64,000 nt of DNA from the human T2T-CHM13v2.0 reference genome, Homo sapiens: NCBI RefSeq assembly GCF_009914755.1, contig NC_060940.1; one strand, written 5' to 3'. The notes beneath the pieces are model-generated. The model was given only the letters and a program-made list of their open reading frames with translations, was not told the origin of the DNA and ran no database searches. Position 1 is the stretch's first letter; each line of letters opens with the position of its first letter. A program made the translations under genes and the position numbers. Of this stretch, positions 1 through 20,167 are shown piece after piece.

Positions 1-51
1 CTGTCAGCCACAGAAACTCTGGGGCTGGGGGGTGGTAAAGGAGGAGAAATG

Positions 52-936
<885 letters not shown>

Positions 937-1545
937 AACAGGGATTCATTTTTTAAAGGTAAGAGTGCAGGCTGCATAAGCTATTATCCATGTCGTTACA
1001 TACCAGGCGGGCATGTACCTAGGCGAGAGGGAGACTGAACCAGTGAAATTCTAATGACAAAAAAAAGAAATCAGTCATCCCCTACATTCACATGTCCAAC
1101 GCCCAGCTGGAAGCCACAGGCTCTCCCCACTCCTGTCCTACGATTTTTCCCGGCTTTGACCTGCATGGTGGTGCGGCTGCTCCGCTCAGAGCCTCAGAGA
1201 AACCACACAGAGCCCTGCTGAGTCTTGCCCTCGGGGCATTCTCACATTTATGAAGAAATGCCTCCCCCTCCCCCTTCTCCCCAAAGTACGGTGTGGCAGA
1301 AAACAGCGCCAACAGGTCCTGCCAGTCAGAAGCCACTCCCCTGATTTCATGGCTCAAGACCCCAACTATAAATTAACCCTTCCCACCTTGAATGTGTACA
1401 CACACTACTGAGATCCAGGCCGATCCTTGCCATGGGATGAACCTGAGAATTGCCAAGACCCGCCTTCCCACGCCACCCAACCAAATCATGTGGTATCTGG
1501 TACAAGTCATTTTCCCCCTGAAATCCCACAAGAAAACTATTTTGA

Positions 1546-1854
<309 letters not shown>

Positions 1855-2238
1855 CTATTTTGAAAAGCAGTTCTCTCTGGCCTGGTGAAGAACACACCAG
1901 CACCATGCCCACCAAAATAGGAGCCCCATGGCTGTTTCCCAGAGTAACCTGGGACCCGAACCTCCATTCACTGTAACACAGACTGAATCTGCAGCCAAGC
2001 TCCGCTCTCTCACTACTGGGCAACCCTCAGGGGGGATCCCTTAGCCTAAACCAGCACCAGTCACTACCCGCACACGATTTTATTACTACTGTTTTCTTAT
2101 GAGTCAGCCCGTGTCACTGATTCCTGACGAGCTGGTGTGGAGAGCAGAAATGAATAATTTTCTTTTTAACTGCAATTTCGTTTTCACCAACCAGTCAGCA
2201 ATCGGAGCTTTAACAATAAACCGGTTGCTCAGTTACTC

Positions 2239-2528
2239 CACGTGGGTGCCACGCAAGAGGCTGGGAGTATTGCTCAGCGGGGCCAACGGGAGGCTGGCAC
2301 TTGCCTGAACCGCTTAAGTGGGGGAATGAAATGCCCACCGAAGGGCAGGGCAGGGACCCTGCTGTCCCGTCACTGAAGATATTCCCAGCCTGTGGGGAGA
2401 AGTGTAAAAGAATGAATGAAAGAAACGCACTTGGTTTCTGGGACCAATGACCTTAGCCTAGAACTGCCGGGACGGTCCAGGAACGCAAAAATGTAGAGAT
2501 GTGGGAGCCAGGGGCGTAGTGATGCAAG
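2239..2528. promoter_or_regulatory. Intron-1 motif cluster: E-box, AhR XRE, C/EBP-ATF (CARE) element
   Basis: CACGTG 2239-2244. CACGCAA (=TTGCGTG) 2250-2256. TGATGCAAG 2520-2528. Motif matches only. Confidence 0.4.
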
Positions 2529-3123
2529 GATGCAGGGACCCAGGGACTACGACCTCCCAACCCCCGGCCCGCGCCCCGTACTCACGCACGGAGTGGCAGG
2601 CTACGAGCTTGGCTGCCTCCTCGGGCACCGGGCAGGTGGGGAAGAGCGGCTTGAGCAGGTAGGTGGCGAAGACCAGGGCCACGATGTACTGCGATGAAGG
2701 CCGGATGATGAGCAGCTCGATCCAGAGCTTGAGGAAGGCGGGCAGCGAGCCGTAGACGTCCAGCATGTAGGCGTAGTCGCCGCCCGATTTGGAGATGGTG
2801 GTGCCCAGCTCCGCGTAGCAGAGCGCGCCCACGATGGAGAAGACGCCGCACGCGGCCCACACCACCAGCGCCAGCCCCGGCGAGCCTGCCTCCTTGAGCA
2901 CGCCCGTGGGCGTCACGAAGATGCCCGAGCCCATGATGGCGACCACGATGACGGCCACGCCCTTGAGTAGCGTGATGTTCCCCTGCAGGGTCACGCCCTC
3001 GCCCTCGCCTGCCGGCGCCGCGCCGTCCGCGCGCTTGGCGGCCATTATCTTCTCCCGCGCCTCTTCCTTCTCCTCGGCCACCGGGGCCGCTAGCGCGCGC
3101 CGCTTCGGGCCCGCACCGGCCAT
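2458..3123 (-). CDS. SLC7A5P2: Putative 221-aa truncated LAT1-like protein (exon 1 plus intron-1 read-through)
   Basis: Open frame from ATG 3123 to TAG 2460-2458: 179 LAT1-like codons followed by 42 codons read across the donor into intron 1 (REYGARAGG...GPSRQF). Translation is not demonstrated. Confidence 0.45.
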
Positions 3124-3560
3124 GCTCTGCTTACCGGCCGGGCCTGGGACACCCGGGAGCCGCAGCCGAGCGAGGATTGTGCGCGCCGCTCGCCGCCCGC
3201 CGCCCGCAGCTGCGTCAGGAACCCCGCCCGCGCCGCCTTTTAGGCCCCGGCCCACTGGCCCCGCCCACCGTCCGCGGCTCCTCCCCGACCCGTGGCCCGG
3301 CCGCGGCCCTCAGCCCCGCCCCCTCGACCCAGCTCGGAGCACGTGCGTCGTCCGGCCTAGCCTGGCAGGCGATTCCCAGGCCCGCGTGGTCCTCGAAGGC
3401 CCCCGTACTCCTGCGCCATGGAGACCCCGGCCTCGCGACCTACCCCCCCGGCGCCCGCGTCATCCCAGCCCGTCCTCCCGGGTGCGCCTGGGCGGGGCCT
3501 GGCAGTCAGGGCGAGCCCCTTCACCCACTGGCCCGCAGCCTCTCGTCAAGCCTGGGAGCG
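2560..3560. promoter_or_regulatory. CpG island / SLC7A5-type promoter (transcription leftward)
   Basis: Very high GC and CpG density. GC boxes CCCCGCCC at ~3222, ~3259 and ~3314. E-box CACGTG at 3340-3345. Confidence 0.85.
2586..3123 (-). pseudogene. SLC7A5P2: SLC7A5 (LAT1) exon-1 duplicate, IMAA / LAT1-3TM paralog
   Basis: ATG at 3123-3121 in strong Kozak context (GCAGAGCATGG). Encodes [34 protein letters not shown]...[20 protein letters not shown] = LAT1 residues 1-179. Intact donor GTGAGT at 2585-2580, exon CDS length 538 nt. No LAT1 exon 2 in the window. EKIMAAK differs from SLC7A5 (EKMLAAK) and fits the IMAA alias. Confidence 0.9.
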
Positions 3561-5018
3561 GGCAGTGCACCAGGGCTGGCCTGAGGCCAAGGATGGGGTT
3601 TGGGGTACCCCCCGAAGGGAACCTAGGCTCCTGTCCCGGATGGGCCGAGGGGATGGAACCGCCCCCACAACCAGCTCCTGGGGCACGGGGGAGGGATGAG
3701 AAGATGACCTGAGGGGAAGCTCCTGCAGCCTCCTTCCAGCCTGGGGGCTGCATCAATGTGGCTGGTGAGCCGCGAACTGAGACGAGGGAAGAACCGAACC
3801 GAGGCCACCCAGTAATTCCCATTGTATCCCAAAAGAATCTTGCCAAAGATGGCGATCCGGTGCCCGTAGCTTTGAGAAGCAGTAATAACACAGGCTTTGG
3901 GAAGCCAGCACTCTGCCTGAGCTCAATTTAATCAACAGAACCGGGGGTTCACCGGGAGCCATAAGACCCCCACCCCCAAATCTAGCTGGGAAATTCAAAG
4001 GCAGGCTTCAGTGTGAAGGGGCTTTAAAGCTTGTTATTCCTGGGGAATGCGAGAGGCATCTTAGCTAAAAAGGGTTGAGAGGTAATTTCAGTTAGAGGCG
4101 AGAGCAGGATGCCAAGGCTCCTAGGCCTGGAAACGGGAAGGAATATAAATACTGCCCCGAGATTGACCAGACTGGTGAGCAGCCAAAGACCTGTTCAAAG
4201 GGTGTGTGTGGGTCAGGGAGGAAGCTCCTCGGTATCCCCCCAACCCGGGGTTCCTTGGCGTGTGTCCTAACGAGTACTTGGAAGCTCACAGCAGGCATGT
4301 GGGGAGGCCTTTGTTCTGGGTGAGCGTTCAGCCTCCCAGGGCAAACACGCAAACACCGGTTGCAGAGCTGGGTGTTCACAGCAAGACAGTCTGCTGGGCA
4401 GATGCCTCTGGAATCCACAGAATTCTGAACAATAGCCGTGGTGGAGGGGGGGTCAGAATCCCTGTCGTGCTGGGACCTCTAGCTGCAGCCAGGAATGTCC
4501 AGGCCCCACCCCGGGGAGGAGGCGGCTGAGGAATGCCACGGCTTGTCATTCTGGACCTTGCTCGCCCCCCGGTATGGCAGGCATTCCTCTGCAGTGATAA
4601 AACCAAGCGAAATCTCAGCAGCCCAGGCAGCCACCGGCAGGGGAGTGCGGAGGTCGCACAGATACTAACTTGTAATCTGCCGTCCACGCTGCGGGCTGTG
4701 GAAGGTGCAGAGAGCCCTCCATCCACCCTATTCTTCCCGCTGTGCCTGCAGAGGGAAGGAGACAGTACCACCATGGCTGGACAAACTCACCGAGTGCTCA
4801 CTGAGTCCTCCCCTAGATAGCTTCTTGTGCAATAGGGTAGGTGCCAGTTAGGAGCAAGGTTAGAGATTATAGGGCCAGATTTTTTGCTTAGGTTCAACTA
4901 CGCAAAATAAAAATAGACTTTGCATGCATTTCAGGCACTGGGCTGACGACCGGCCACCAGGGAGGCTCCGCCCCACTTCTTAGCTTTGGCCCCAACGTTA
5001 GTCTTGTTGCTGCTCTCA

Positions 5019-5667
<649 letters not shown>

Positions 5668-5677
5668 GATGACATGG

Positions 5678-6123
5678 AAGCAACAGTAGGAGCCGGGGTC
5701 AGAGTTCAGGCCCGTCCATCCGTGGATGATGGATAAACCCAGCGTAGTCCGCCATCCCTTGGAGAGTCATTCAGCTGCACACAGGAAGACGCGCTGCAAT
5801 GTGCAGGACCCCTGAAAACACTGGGCTGCGTGAAAGGGTCAGTGACCACGGGTTGTATGATTCCGAGTGCACGAATGTTCAGGACAGGAGGATCCAGAGA
5901 GACGGACGAGATTCGTGGCTGCTTAGGGCGGGGGGAAGGGGCGATGGAGAGTGAGGGCTGAGTGGATGGGGTCTCTCTTTGGGGTGATAAAATGTCTTGG
6001 AACTAGATGATGGGGATGGTTGCCCAACACTGGGAGTGACTTAAACACCACGGATTTGTACGTGTTTAAATGACTAACGGTTAATGTTATGTTATGTGTG
6101 AACTATACATCCAAAAGATAAAA
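5678..6123 (+). mobile_element. Old L1 (L1MB-like) 3' end fragment
   Basis: GGATAAAC..., TTTGGGGTGATAAAATGTCTTGGAACTAGAT...GGTTGCCCAACAC motifs typical of the L1MB 3' UTR. Confidence 0.7.
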
Positions 6124-6282
6124 GCAGTTCAGGCCTAGAATCGAACGGTCCTGGGTTCAGATCTCACCTCTACCACTTGCTGGTTAATGTGGCACCAGGC
6201 GAGTGACTCGGCTCAGCTTTCAAAGTCTCAGTTTCCTCTTCTGTGAAGCAGGGAGACACCTGCGCCCGCCTCCTGGGGACCA

Positions 6283-6470
6283 GCAGGTAGAAGACCCTGA
6301 GCCGCTGGCATTGCCATCACTGCAGAACTGTGCTCCCAGGGCTGGCAGGTGGAGGACCCTGAGCCTCTGGTGTCATCCTCACTGCAGAACTGTGCTCCCG
6401 GGGCTGGCGGGTGGAGGACCCTGAGCTGCTGGTGTTGCCGTCACTGCCGAACTGTGCTCCCAGGGCTGGC
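6283..6470. repeat. 62-bp tandem repeat x3
   Basis: Units start with GA(A/G)GACCCTGAGC at 6290, 6352 and 6414 and share CACTGC(A/C)GAACTGTGCTCCC. Confidence 0.9.
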
Positions 6471-6584
6471 CGAATGCCTGGCTTCCACCCTCAGACTTTC
6501 TTTCCAATGTGTGCAGAGGGAACACGGAGGGACAGCAGTTGCAGCAGCCCACACTTGCTGTGTCGGGCATGGTCTCAGTGGCTG

Positions 6585-6780
6585 GAGCGTGAAGATGGAG
6601 GCGGGGATGGGAGTGGGCGGCTCTGAGTCAAGGGACACCTGGAGCCCCCAGAAGCTGGAAGAGGCAGGAGGGGTCCTGGAGCCCCCGAGGGAGTCTGGCC
6701 CTGCCACCACCTTGATGTTGGCCTCTGGCCTCCGGGACTGTGAGAGAACAAAGGGCTGTTGTCCTAAGCCCCTGTTTGCA
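6585..6780 (+). mobile_element. MaLR LTR fragment (MLT1B/C-like)
   Basis: CCAGAAGCTGGAAGAGGCAGG...CACCTTGATGTTGGCCTCTGGCCTCC...CTGTGAGAGAA. Confidence 0.65.
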
Positions 6781-7366
6781 GACAAAGGGAATAATCTCAA
6801 CATTGAAAAAATATGGCCTTAATCTTTAGTGCGTAGGTGGCAAACTTACCTTCAGGATGGCAGAGACAGATCTTTTTTTCCTGTTGACAGGCATTTTAAC
6901 ATTTCCAGAGACACAGGAGCCAGGTTCTCCTGCTTGGCCTCTGCAGTATGAGCCAAACCTGCCTATTGTTAAGTGATTGAATGAGTTGATGCTCACCTTG
7001 AACTTTCTTCCACTCTACCCTGGATTACAAGAAGAATTCATTGCTCAGCCCACGTCCCAGCATGAGGCTGGAAGCAGCTGTGAATTTTGTAGAGACTGGA
7101 GGGCCCTGCACTCTTTGCAGCTGCCAGCTTCAGCGCTGCTTTCTTCGGCTACTTTGCCCCGCCTCTCAGTTTTGGGGACAGTGGCTGCAGGGCAGATGCC
7201 ATTCAACCAGGTCAAATTTCCATGTGAGGATGGAAATTTGTAGGTTATAATTCAATTCTCTATTTTGAAAAATATCCAGGTGGATATTGTTTACCACCAA
7301 AACAATGACTTCTATTGTGTGGGCCCGAAAACCAGGCTGATGCATGCTACGGCATGGGTGTGTGGT

Positions 7367-8050
7367 GCCTGCTCCGTGTGTGAACCATGCTGCTCCGTGT
7401 GTGAACTGTGTCTGTTCCATGTGTGAACTGTGTCTGTTCCGTGTGTGATCCATGCTGCTCCATGTGTGAACCATGTCTGTTCCATGTGTGAACTATCTGT
7501 TCCATGTGTGAACCATGTCTGTTCCATGTGTGAACCATGTCTGTTCCATGTGTGAACCATGTCTGTTCCATGTGTGATTCATGCTGCTCCATATGTGATT
7601 CATGCTGCTCCATGTGTGATCCATGCTGTTCCATGTGTGAGCCGTGTATGTTCCATGTGTGATCTGTGTCTGTTCCATGTATGGTCCATGCTGTTCCATG
7701 TGTGAACTGTGTCTGTTCCATGTGTGAACCATGTCTGTTCCATGTGTGAACTATCTGTTCCATGTGTGAACCATGTCTGTTCCATCTGTGAACCATGTAT
7801 GTTCCGTGTGTGAACCATGTCTGTTCCATGTGTGATTCATGCTGCTCCATATGTGATTCATGCTGTTCCATGTGTGAGCCGTGTATGTTCCATGTGTGAT
7901 CTGTGTCTGTTCCATGTATGGTCCATGCTGTTCCATGTGTGAACTGTGTCTGTTCCATGTGTGAACCGTGTCTGTTCCACATGTGGTCCATGCTGCTCCA
8001 TGTGTGAGCCATGTCTGTTCCATGTGTGATCCATGTCTGCTCCATGTCTG
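7367..8050. repeat. Minisatellite, 20-22-bp units (TGTGAACCATGTCTGTTCCATG), ~30 copies, with a 237-bp higher-order duplication
   Basis: Directly visible periodicity. The variant block GAGCCGTGTATGTTCC occurs at 7639 and 7876. Confidence 0.95.
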
Positions 8051-10929
8051 ATCACACCTGCTCCCTGTCACTCATTTTGTCTAGACTTCTCAATGATGAC
8101 AGCCCCCAGTTAACTGGATTTAAGGTAGTTTCTAAACATTTGTAGCCAGATCCATCTAGTATCCTGCAATTCATTCATTGACTCAGCAAACATTTCACAA
8201 TAGCTAGACATACGCCTGGCTTTGTGAGAATGCATGTCCTCATGACACCCCAGCCTGCGGGTGACCCTTTCATGTGCACCCCTGTGATAACGTGGGATGT
8301 GCAGGAGCCTGGGTGTGGGGGGAGGGGATGCTGCTGCCTGGGGCTGGCACTGACGAAGGAGGATGAGCCCAGGAGAGGGAGCAGCGCCTGGAGGCCCAGG
8401 GGCAGTGCACAGCAGTCCCCGAGCTTACAAGTGGGAGCACTGCAGCCCATGGCGCCTGACCGCGTTTATTCTGTGCCATGGGCAAGCAGAATGGTTGAGG
8501 ATCCCGCCCCTGGGGGCTCACATTCCAGAGGAGGATGCAAGCATCATGCAGCAACACATGCCTGATGCCAACAGCTGGGGAGGGGACACAGGGAGACCGT
8601 GGTTGGGACAAGTGTCTGAGAGCTGGTTGAGGATGGAAAGGAGTGACTGTGAAGCAGCCGTGGGGACAGCAACCCCAGCCAGAGGCCCACACACACAAGG
8701 TGACGTGGAAGAGGGCCAGGCTGCGAATCTTGCTGGGAGAAGCTCGTGCTCGATCCCAAGCCTAGTGGAAAGCCTCAGTTTTGAACAGGGCAGCAGAATG
8801 GCCAAGTGTCGGTTTCTCAAAAAAACCCACTGTTAAAAGAAAAAGGGATTTGAGGGAAGAGGGGAAGAGGCTGGAAAGGAAGTGGCTAAACTGGAAGCCC
8901 AGCTTGTCACTCAGGCTGCAGCAGAAGGGACAGAGAAAAGTGGACGGACTTGGAATAGGCAGCAGTTTGAGGGTCCTCCAGCAGAGCGTGCTGCTGCCCT
9001 GGGTGCAAGGAGTGAGGGGAGAGGAGGGCCCAAGGGGGCTCCCGAGATTGCCTGTGGCGTCGGGTGGATGGAGGAACCATTTATCAAGACGGGGTTGGTG
9101 GGCACAGAGTTGGGGATGCAGCAGTGCATGGACAGCCCACCTTTCAGCAGGAGGGACAAGTGTCAAAAAATGACAGCTCCGTTACTGCTGGGCACCGCTG
9201 TGTGCCAGGTGCCATCTGGGGGCTCAGCTCAGGCTGAGGGAACAGGAGGAGCAGGTGTTGAGCAGGTGGTGTGGGGCGGGCGGGGAAGGGTGCCCTCAGG
9301 TCCATCAGAACAGCCACAAGAGCCCTGGGGTGGGAGGGGGCCGATATTCTGGTCGGCACAGAGTGGGCTGCCAGGAGAGGGTGGGGGCGGAGGGGCAGGA
9401 ATGTGGATTCTGTCTCAGGGGGGCAAGGCTGAGGGGATGTAGCTGGGCACATGGCCTGCTCTGAATTGAGCTTGGTTCTCTGGAGGGTCGATGGGAAGGA
9501 TGTGCTGGGGATGGGGAGGAAGCGGAGGAGGAGGAGGCGGTGGCAGCTGTGAACAGGCAATGCTTCTCACACAGGTGTATCTTTATTAAACAAGAAAATA
9601 ACATAAAAGCAAAGGGAGGAAGCCTTGAACCTTAAAAGCTGGGCCAGAAATTCTACAATACAATCAGAAGCCACAATCTGGTCACAGTGAGAGCCCTTCC
9701 CGCAGAGCCGCAGACATTGGCCGCTGCCCCTGGGGCGGGAGGGAAGCCTCCTGTTTGTTTTTTGTCCCGTTGCTTTGAGGGCTGGAATCAATGTCATTTT
9801 CTCTCGGAGTGTTTCTGGTTTCATCTCAGTGTGTCCAGGCTCGGATGTCTTCCTGGGAGTATCTCCGTGTCTCAGGATTAACACCAGTTTTTAAAAATAA
9901 CTGACAAAGGCCATTTTTCAGGAGACAAAGATGTTGGTGCGTGCAGAGGGCCCCCTGTGTTGATATGGAAAATGAAGGTCAGCCACTCCCTGCTTCTCTT
10001 GGTATCTTGTTGGACACGATGTCAATGTGGGGCTGGTAGAACTGGAGCCCAGGGCCCCTCTGGCCGCTTGGGCCTTTCTCTGTCTCCAGGTCCCCATGGA
10101 AATGGGCAGCCCATGGAGAATGGCTGAATAGCTGCTGTCTGCCCCCATCCCAAGCTCCAGGTTCAGAGACCACCCCCTCCATTGACTGTGTCACCCCTTC
10201 CCCACCAGAGGAGCGGGCTATTCTCACAGCGCTGCAGGAAGCCCAGCCAAGTGCCTTCCTCTGGCTGCTGCTTCCATCAGCGTGAACTGCCCGGCATTGT
10301 AGGATAAGTTTTCTCCTGGGTTTTAAGGTTCAGGACTCTCTCTTTGCTGCACTTTTTCCTTGACTAATTGCACAAATAAGAGAAGGCAAGAGTGAAATGC
10401 TGCGTATCCCTTGGCCTAGCGGGTCAGCGACAACTTTCTCAACTTGTCAAGTGAGCCTCAGTTTCCTTATTAAAAACCAGGGATGATTTTGTAGAACTTG
10501 TCGCAACTCAGTGGGAGTGCCGTGGCCCTTATGCCCAATGACACCATCCTGTCACTTCAGGAGTTTCTCATAAAACACCATTCCCCAGACCAATGGCGCT
10601 GCGAGCTTCTGGGGCGTGGGCTGGGCCCAGCATGTCAGTGCGACCCACAGCGGGGCTGGAGCTGCTGAATGTGCACAACACACTTCACCCCGGGCCTGGT
10701 TCAGGAGCGGGCAAGGCAGCTGTACACCCTGTCCTTCAGCAAACTCCTCTTGATCGATGGAATCGAAGTCAGGAGCATCACCTTAGACGCAGAACAGAAA
10801 CGTGCCCATTTCCCAGCTTGGTGCTTTCCCACTTCTACTTTGACTCCTTCAACCCAATCCTCTTTCACCCGCATCACCACCAAGTGTGATCTCCTTTAAA
10901 GAGCCAGACACTTTATTTTGGGGGGGCAT

Positions 10930-15631
<4,702 letters not shown>

Positions 15632-15687
15632 TAACAACGCTTCCTTCCTTCAAAGTCAGTTCTGCTATTCATGTGGACCTAATGTCT

Positions 15688-15897
<210 letters not shown>

Positions 15898-15959
15898 TCA
15901 GGCCTTGTGTGGTCTCCTCCCATGCTGAATCAGGATGGCCTGAAATGACCAGTAAAGAT

Positions 15960-16987
<1,028 letters not shown>

Positions 16988-18286
16988 CTATAATGTAAAT
17001 GCTAAAGTAACATTTGAATTTACTTTTCACTCAAGGAACTAAAAGACTACTTTTTATGGCTGGATGCAGTGCCTCATGCCTGTAATCCCAGCACTTTGGG
17101 AGGCCAAGGTGGGTGAATCACCTGAGGTCAGGAGTTTGAGACCAGCCTGGCCAACATGGAGAATCCCCATCCCTACTAAAAATACAAAATTAGCCAGATG
17201 TGGTGGCTCATGCTTGTAATCCAGCTCCTCGGGAGGGTGAGGCAGGAGAAGCGCTTTAACCTGGGAGGTGGAGCTTGTGGTGAGCGAGATCACGCCATTG
17301 CACTCCAGCCTGGGCAACAGGGAAACTCTGTCTCAAAATAAATAAATAAATGAAAAATAAAAAAAGACTTTTTATGTATTATCTCACTTGTTCACAGAAT
17401 ATACTTATGAACTCTGTGAGGCAACTCACGCATTTAATTAAATTCAGAAGTGAGATTATGTCTACATGCTGACAGCATACTGGGCCAGTTAGCCCTGCAT
17501 GATGATCCAGCGCCCCCTAGAATTGCGCGCGCATGGTGCACGTGGCCTCCTGGGCCATGACCACAGTGTGCTCATCCACATTTGTGGTCTGCACATTTGT
17601 TGACTGTCTCAGAAAGGCAGCCTTTCTCCTCCCCTGGAAAACTCCCCGCCTTCCAGGACATGTGCCTCCCTGGCTCCCCTGCTCAGGATAAGGAGCTCCT
17701 GCCCTGCATTTTTATATGACACCGGCCACCCTGGCTTAATACTATTGGCTTCGTTTCTACTTTCCTGCCAGACAGCAGTATTCTGAGACGAATGCCCTGT
17801 TCCTGTGCCGCCCCTCCACACCTGCCCCCCTCCCACCCTCTCTTGGTGGCACAGACCCAGAATGGGCACTTGTCACATATATGCTTGTTGAGTAGCATAA
17901 GGGCCTTGCTGACAAGGGGCCACCTTCAACAAAAGCCTTCCCCATGTCCAACAGCTCTGGTTTGGAGGTAGGCAGATATTCTGCATCCCACATCTCCACG
18001 TGCAAATGACATCATGCCATGGTTTGTATATAAGGGAATATTTTCACAGGCCCAGGAGACTGAAAGACCCTCTAAGAGCTCACCTGGAGCCCTCAGAAAG
18101 AGATGAGCCAGAGATGCTAAGTCCTGCTGCGACTGCTGAGAAACGTCTGCCGGGCGGGGGCGGGGCATAGGCAGCATGCCTGTGGCTCTGAACTGCCTTG
18201 GACAGACAGAATTGCTATAGATTCTTAAGATTTCCAGAAAAAAATGATAGTATAACTTTTATTTATTTTTTATTTTATTTTTTTGA

Positions 18287-18615
<329 letters not shown>

Positions 18616-18898
18616 TAGATTTAGTAGAGACGGGGTTTCACCATGTTGGTCAGGCTGGTCTCGAACTCCTGGCCTCAAGTGATCTGCCTGTCTCAGCCTT
18701 CTAAAGTGCTAAAATTATAGGCATGAGCCATGACGCCCAGCCCAATAGTATAACTTTTAAAAATGTATACAAGGATTATTAACTAATTTTCGAAAAAAAA
18801 AAAAAGCAATGAAACTATTTAGATAAGAAAAAGGAGGCCGGGCTCGGTGGCTCATGCCTGGAATCCCAGCACTTTGGGAGGCCAAGGTGGGCAGATCA

Positions 18899-19286
<388 letters not shown>

Positions 19287-19441
19287 TCAATTGGAACTTT
19301 CTTCTTGTGTAAGAACACCCCAAATGCATGAAAGAATATATATAACTCCTCAAGGCTCTTATGCAGCATCTTAGTGACGCTGCCAAGCAAGAGAGACGCC
19401 TTCCATGAAGCGCCATCATGCCAGTTACGGGCACGGCTCAC

Positions 19442-19597
19442 TTGGCTTGGGGCCACTTCAACGGGCTCCTTCTGGATGATCCAGGTGACCGACTCGGTCA
19501 GCGGCGGGGTGGTGAGCGAGCCCACATAGGTCCAGTAATCCCAGCAGGTGGGCAGCAGAGCGGAGGGGTCGAAGGGGCGCATGGCCGCCTGCGCGTC
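19442..19597 (-). pseudogene. CA5A-like exon 6
   Basis: ctcag|GACGCG...AGCCAA|gtgagc, 156 nt. [52 protein letters not shown] (alpha-CA GSLTTPP motif). Confidence 0.93.
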
Positions 19598-19966
19598 CTG
19601 AGAGACCGAGAAGCACAGGCCGTATCAGTCCTCAGGTGGGACTAGGAGCTTCCATCTTGTCTCAGCACGGGAGGCCTTCATGGTGCTTGGAAGGAAGTGC
19701 TTTCCCCGAGATAAGGCCATGAGGCCACTGCTGTCACACTTGGAAGCAGTGATAAGAAAATGTGAGCCTTCTATACAGAGCAAGGATTCCTGCCAACTTA
19801 CATTGGTGGGAATTACATTACATTACACCAGCTTATGTTGGTGCTTACATTTTTCCTTTTGAAGTCATTTCTTGGGGCGCAGTAGCTCACCCCTGTAATC
19901 TCAGCACTTTGGGAGGCCGAGGCGGGTGGATCACTTGAGGTCAGGAGTTCGAGACCAGCCTGGTCA

Positions 19967-20167
<201 letters not shown>

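Noticed and set aside
3124-3255. 44-codon N-terminal extension in the ORF track
   Set aside because: Starts at GTG in promoter/5' UTR sequence. The LAT1-equivalent ATG is at 3123.
2834-3712. 292-aa plus-strand ORF and other ORFs over the CpG island
   Set aside because: Antisense shadow of the LAT1 exon plus stop-poor GC-rich sequence. Pro/Arg/Ala-rich with no recognisable domain.
4951-4968. CTCF-like CGGCCACCAGGGAGGC
   Set aside because: The conserved GGC core is offset, so the match is too weak to call.
7367-8050. CRISPR-like array appearance (also 23742-24211)
   Set aside because: Contiguous tandem units without unique spacers, in human DNA with no cas genes.
7166-8071. His/Thr-rich ORFs up to 232 aa
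   Set aside because: Translation of the minisatellite in stop-free frames.
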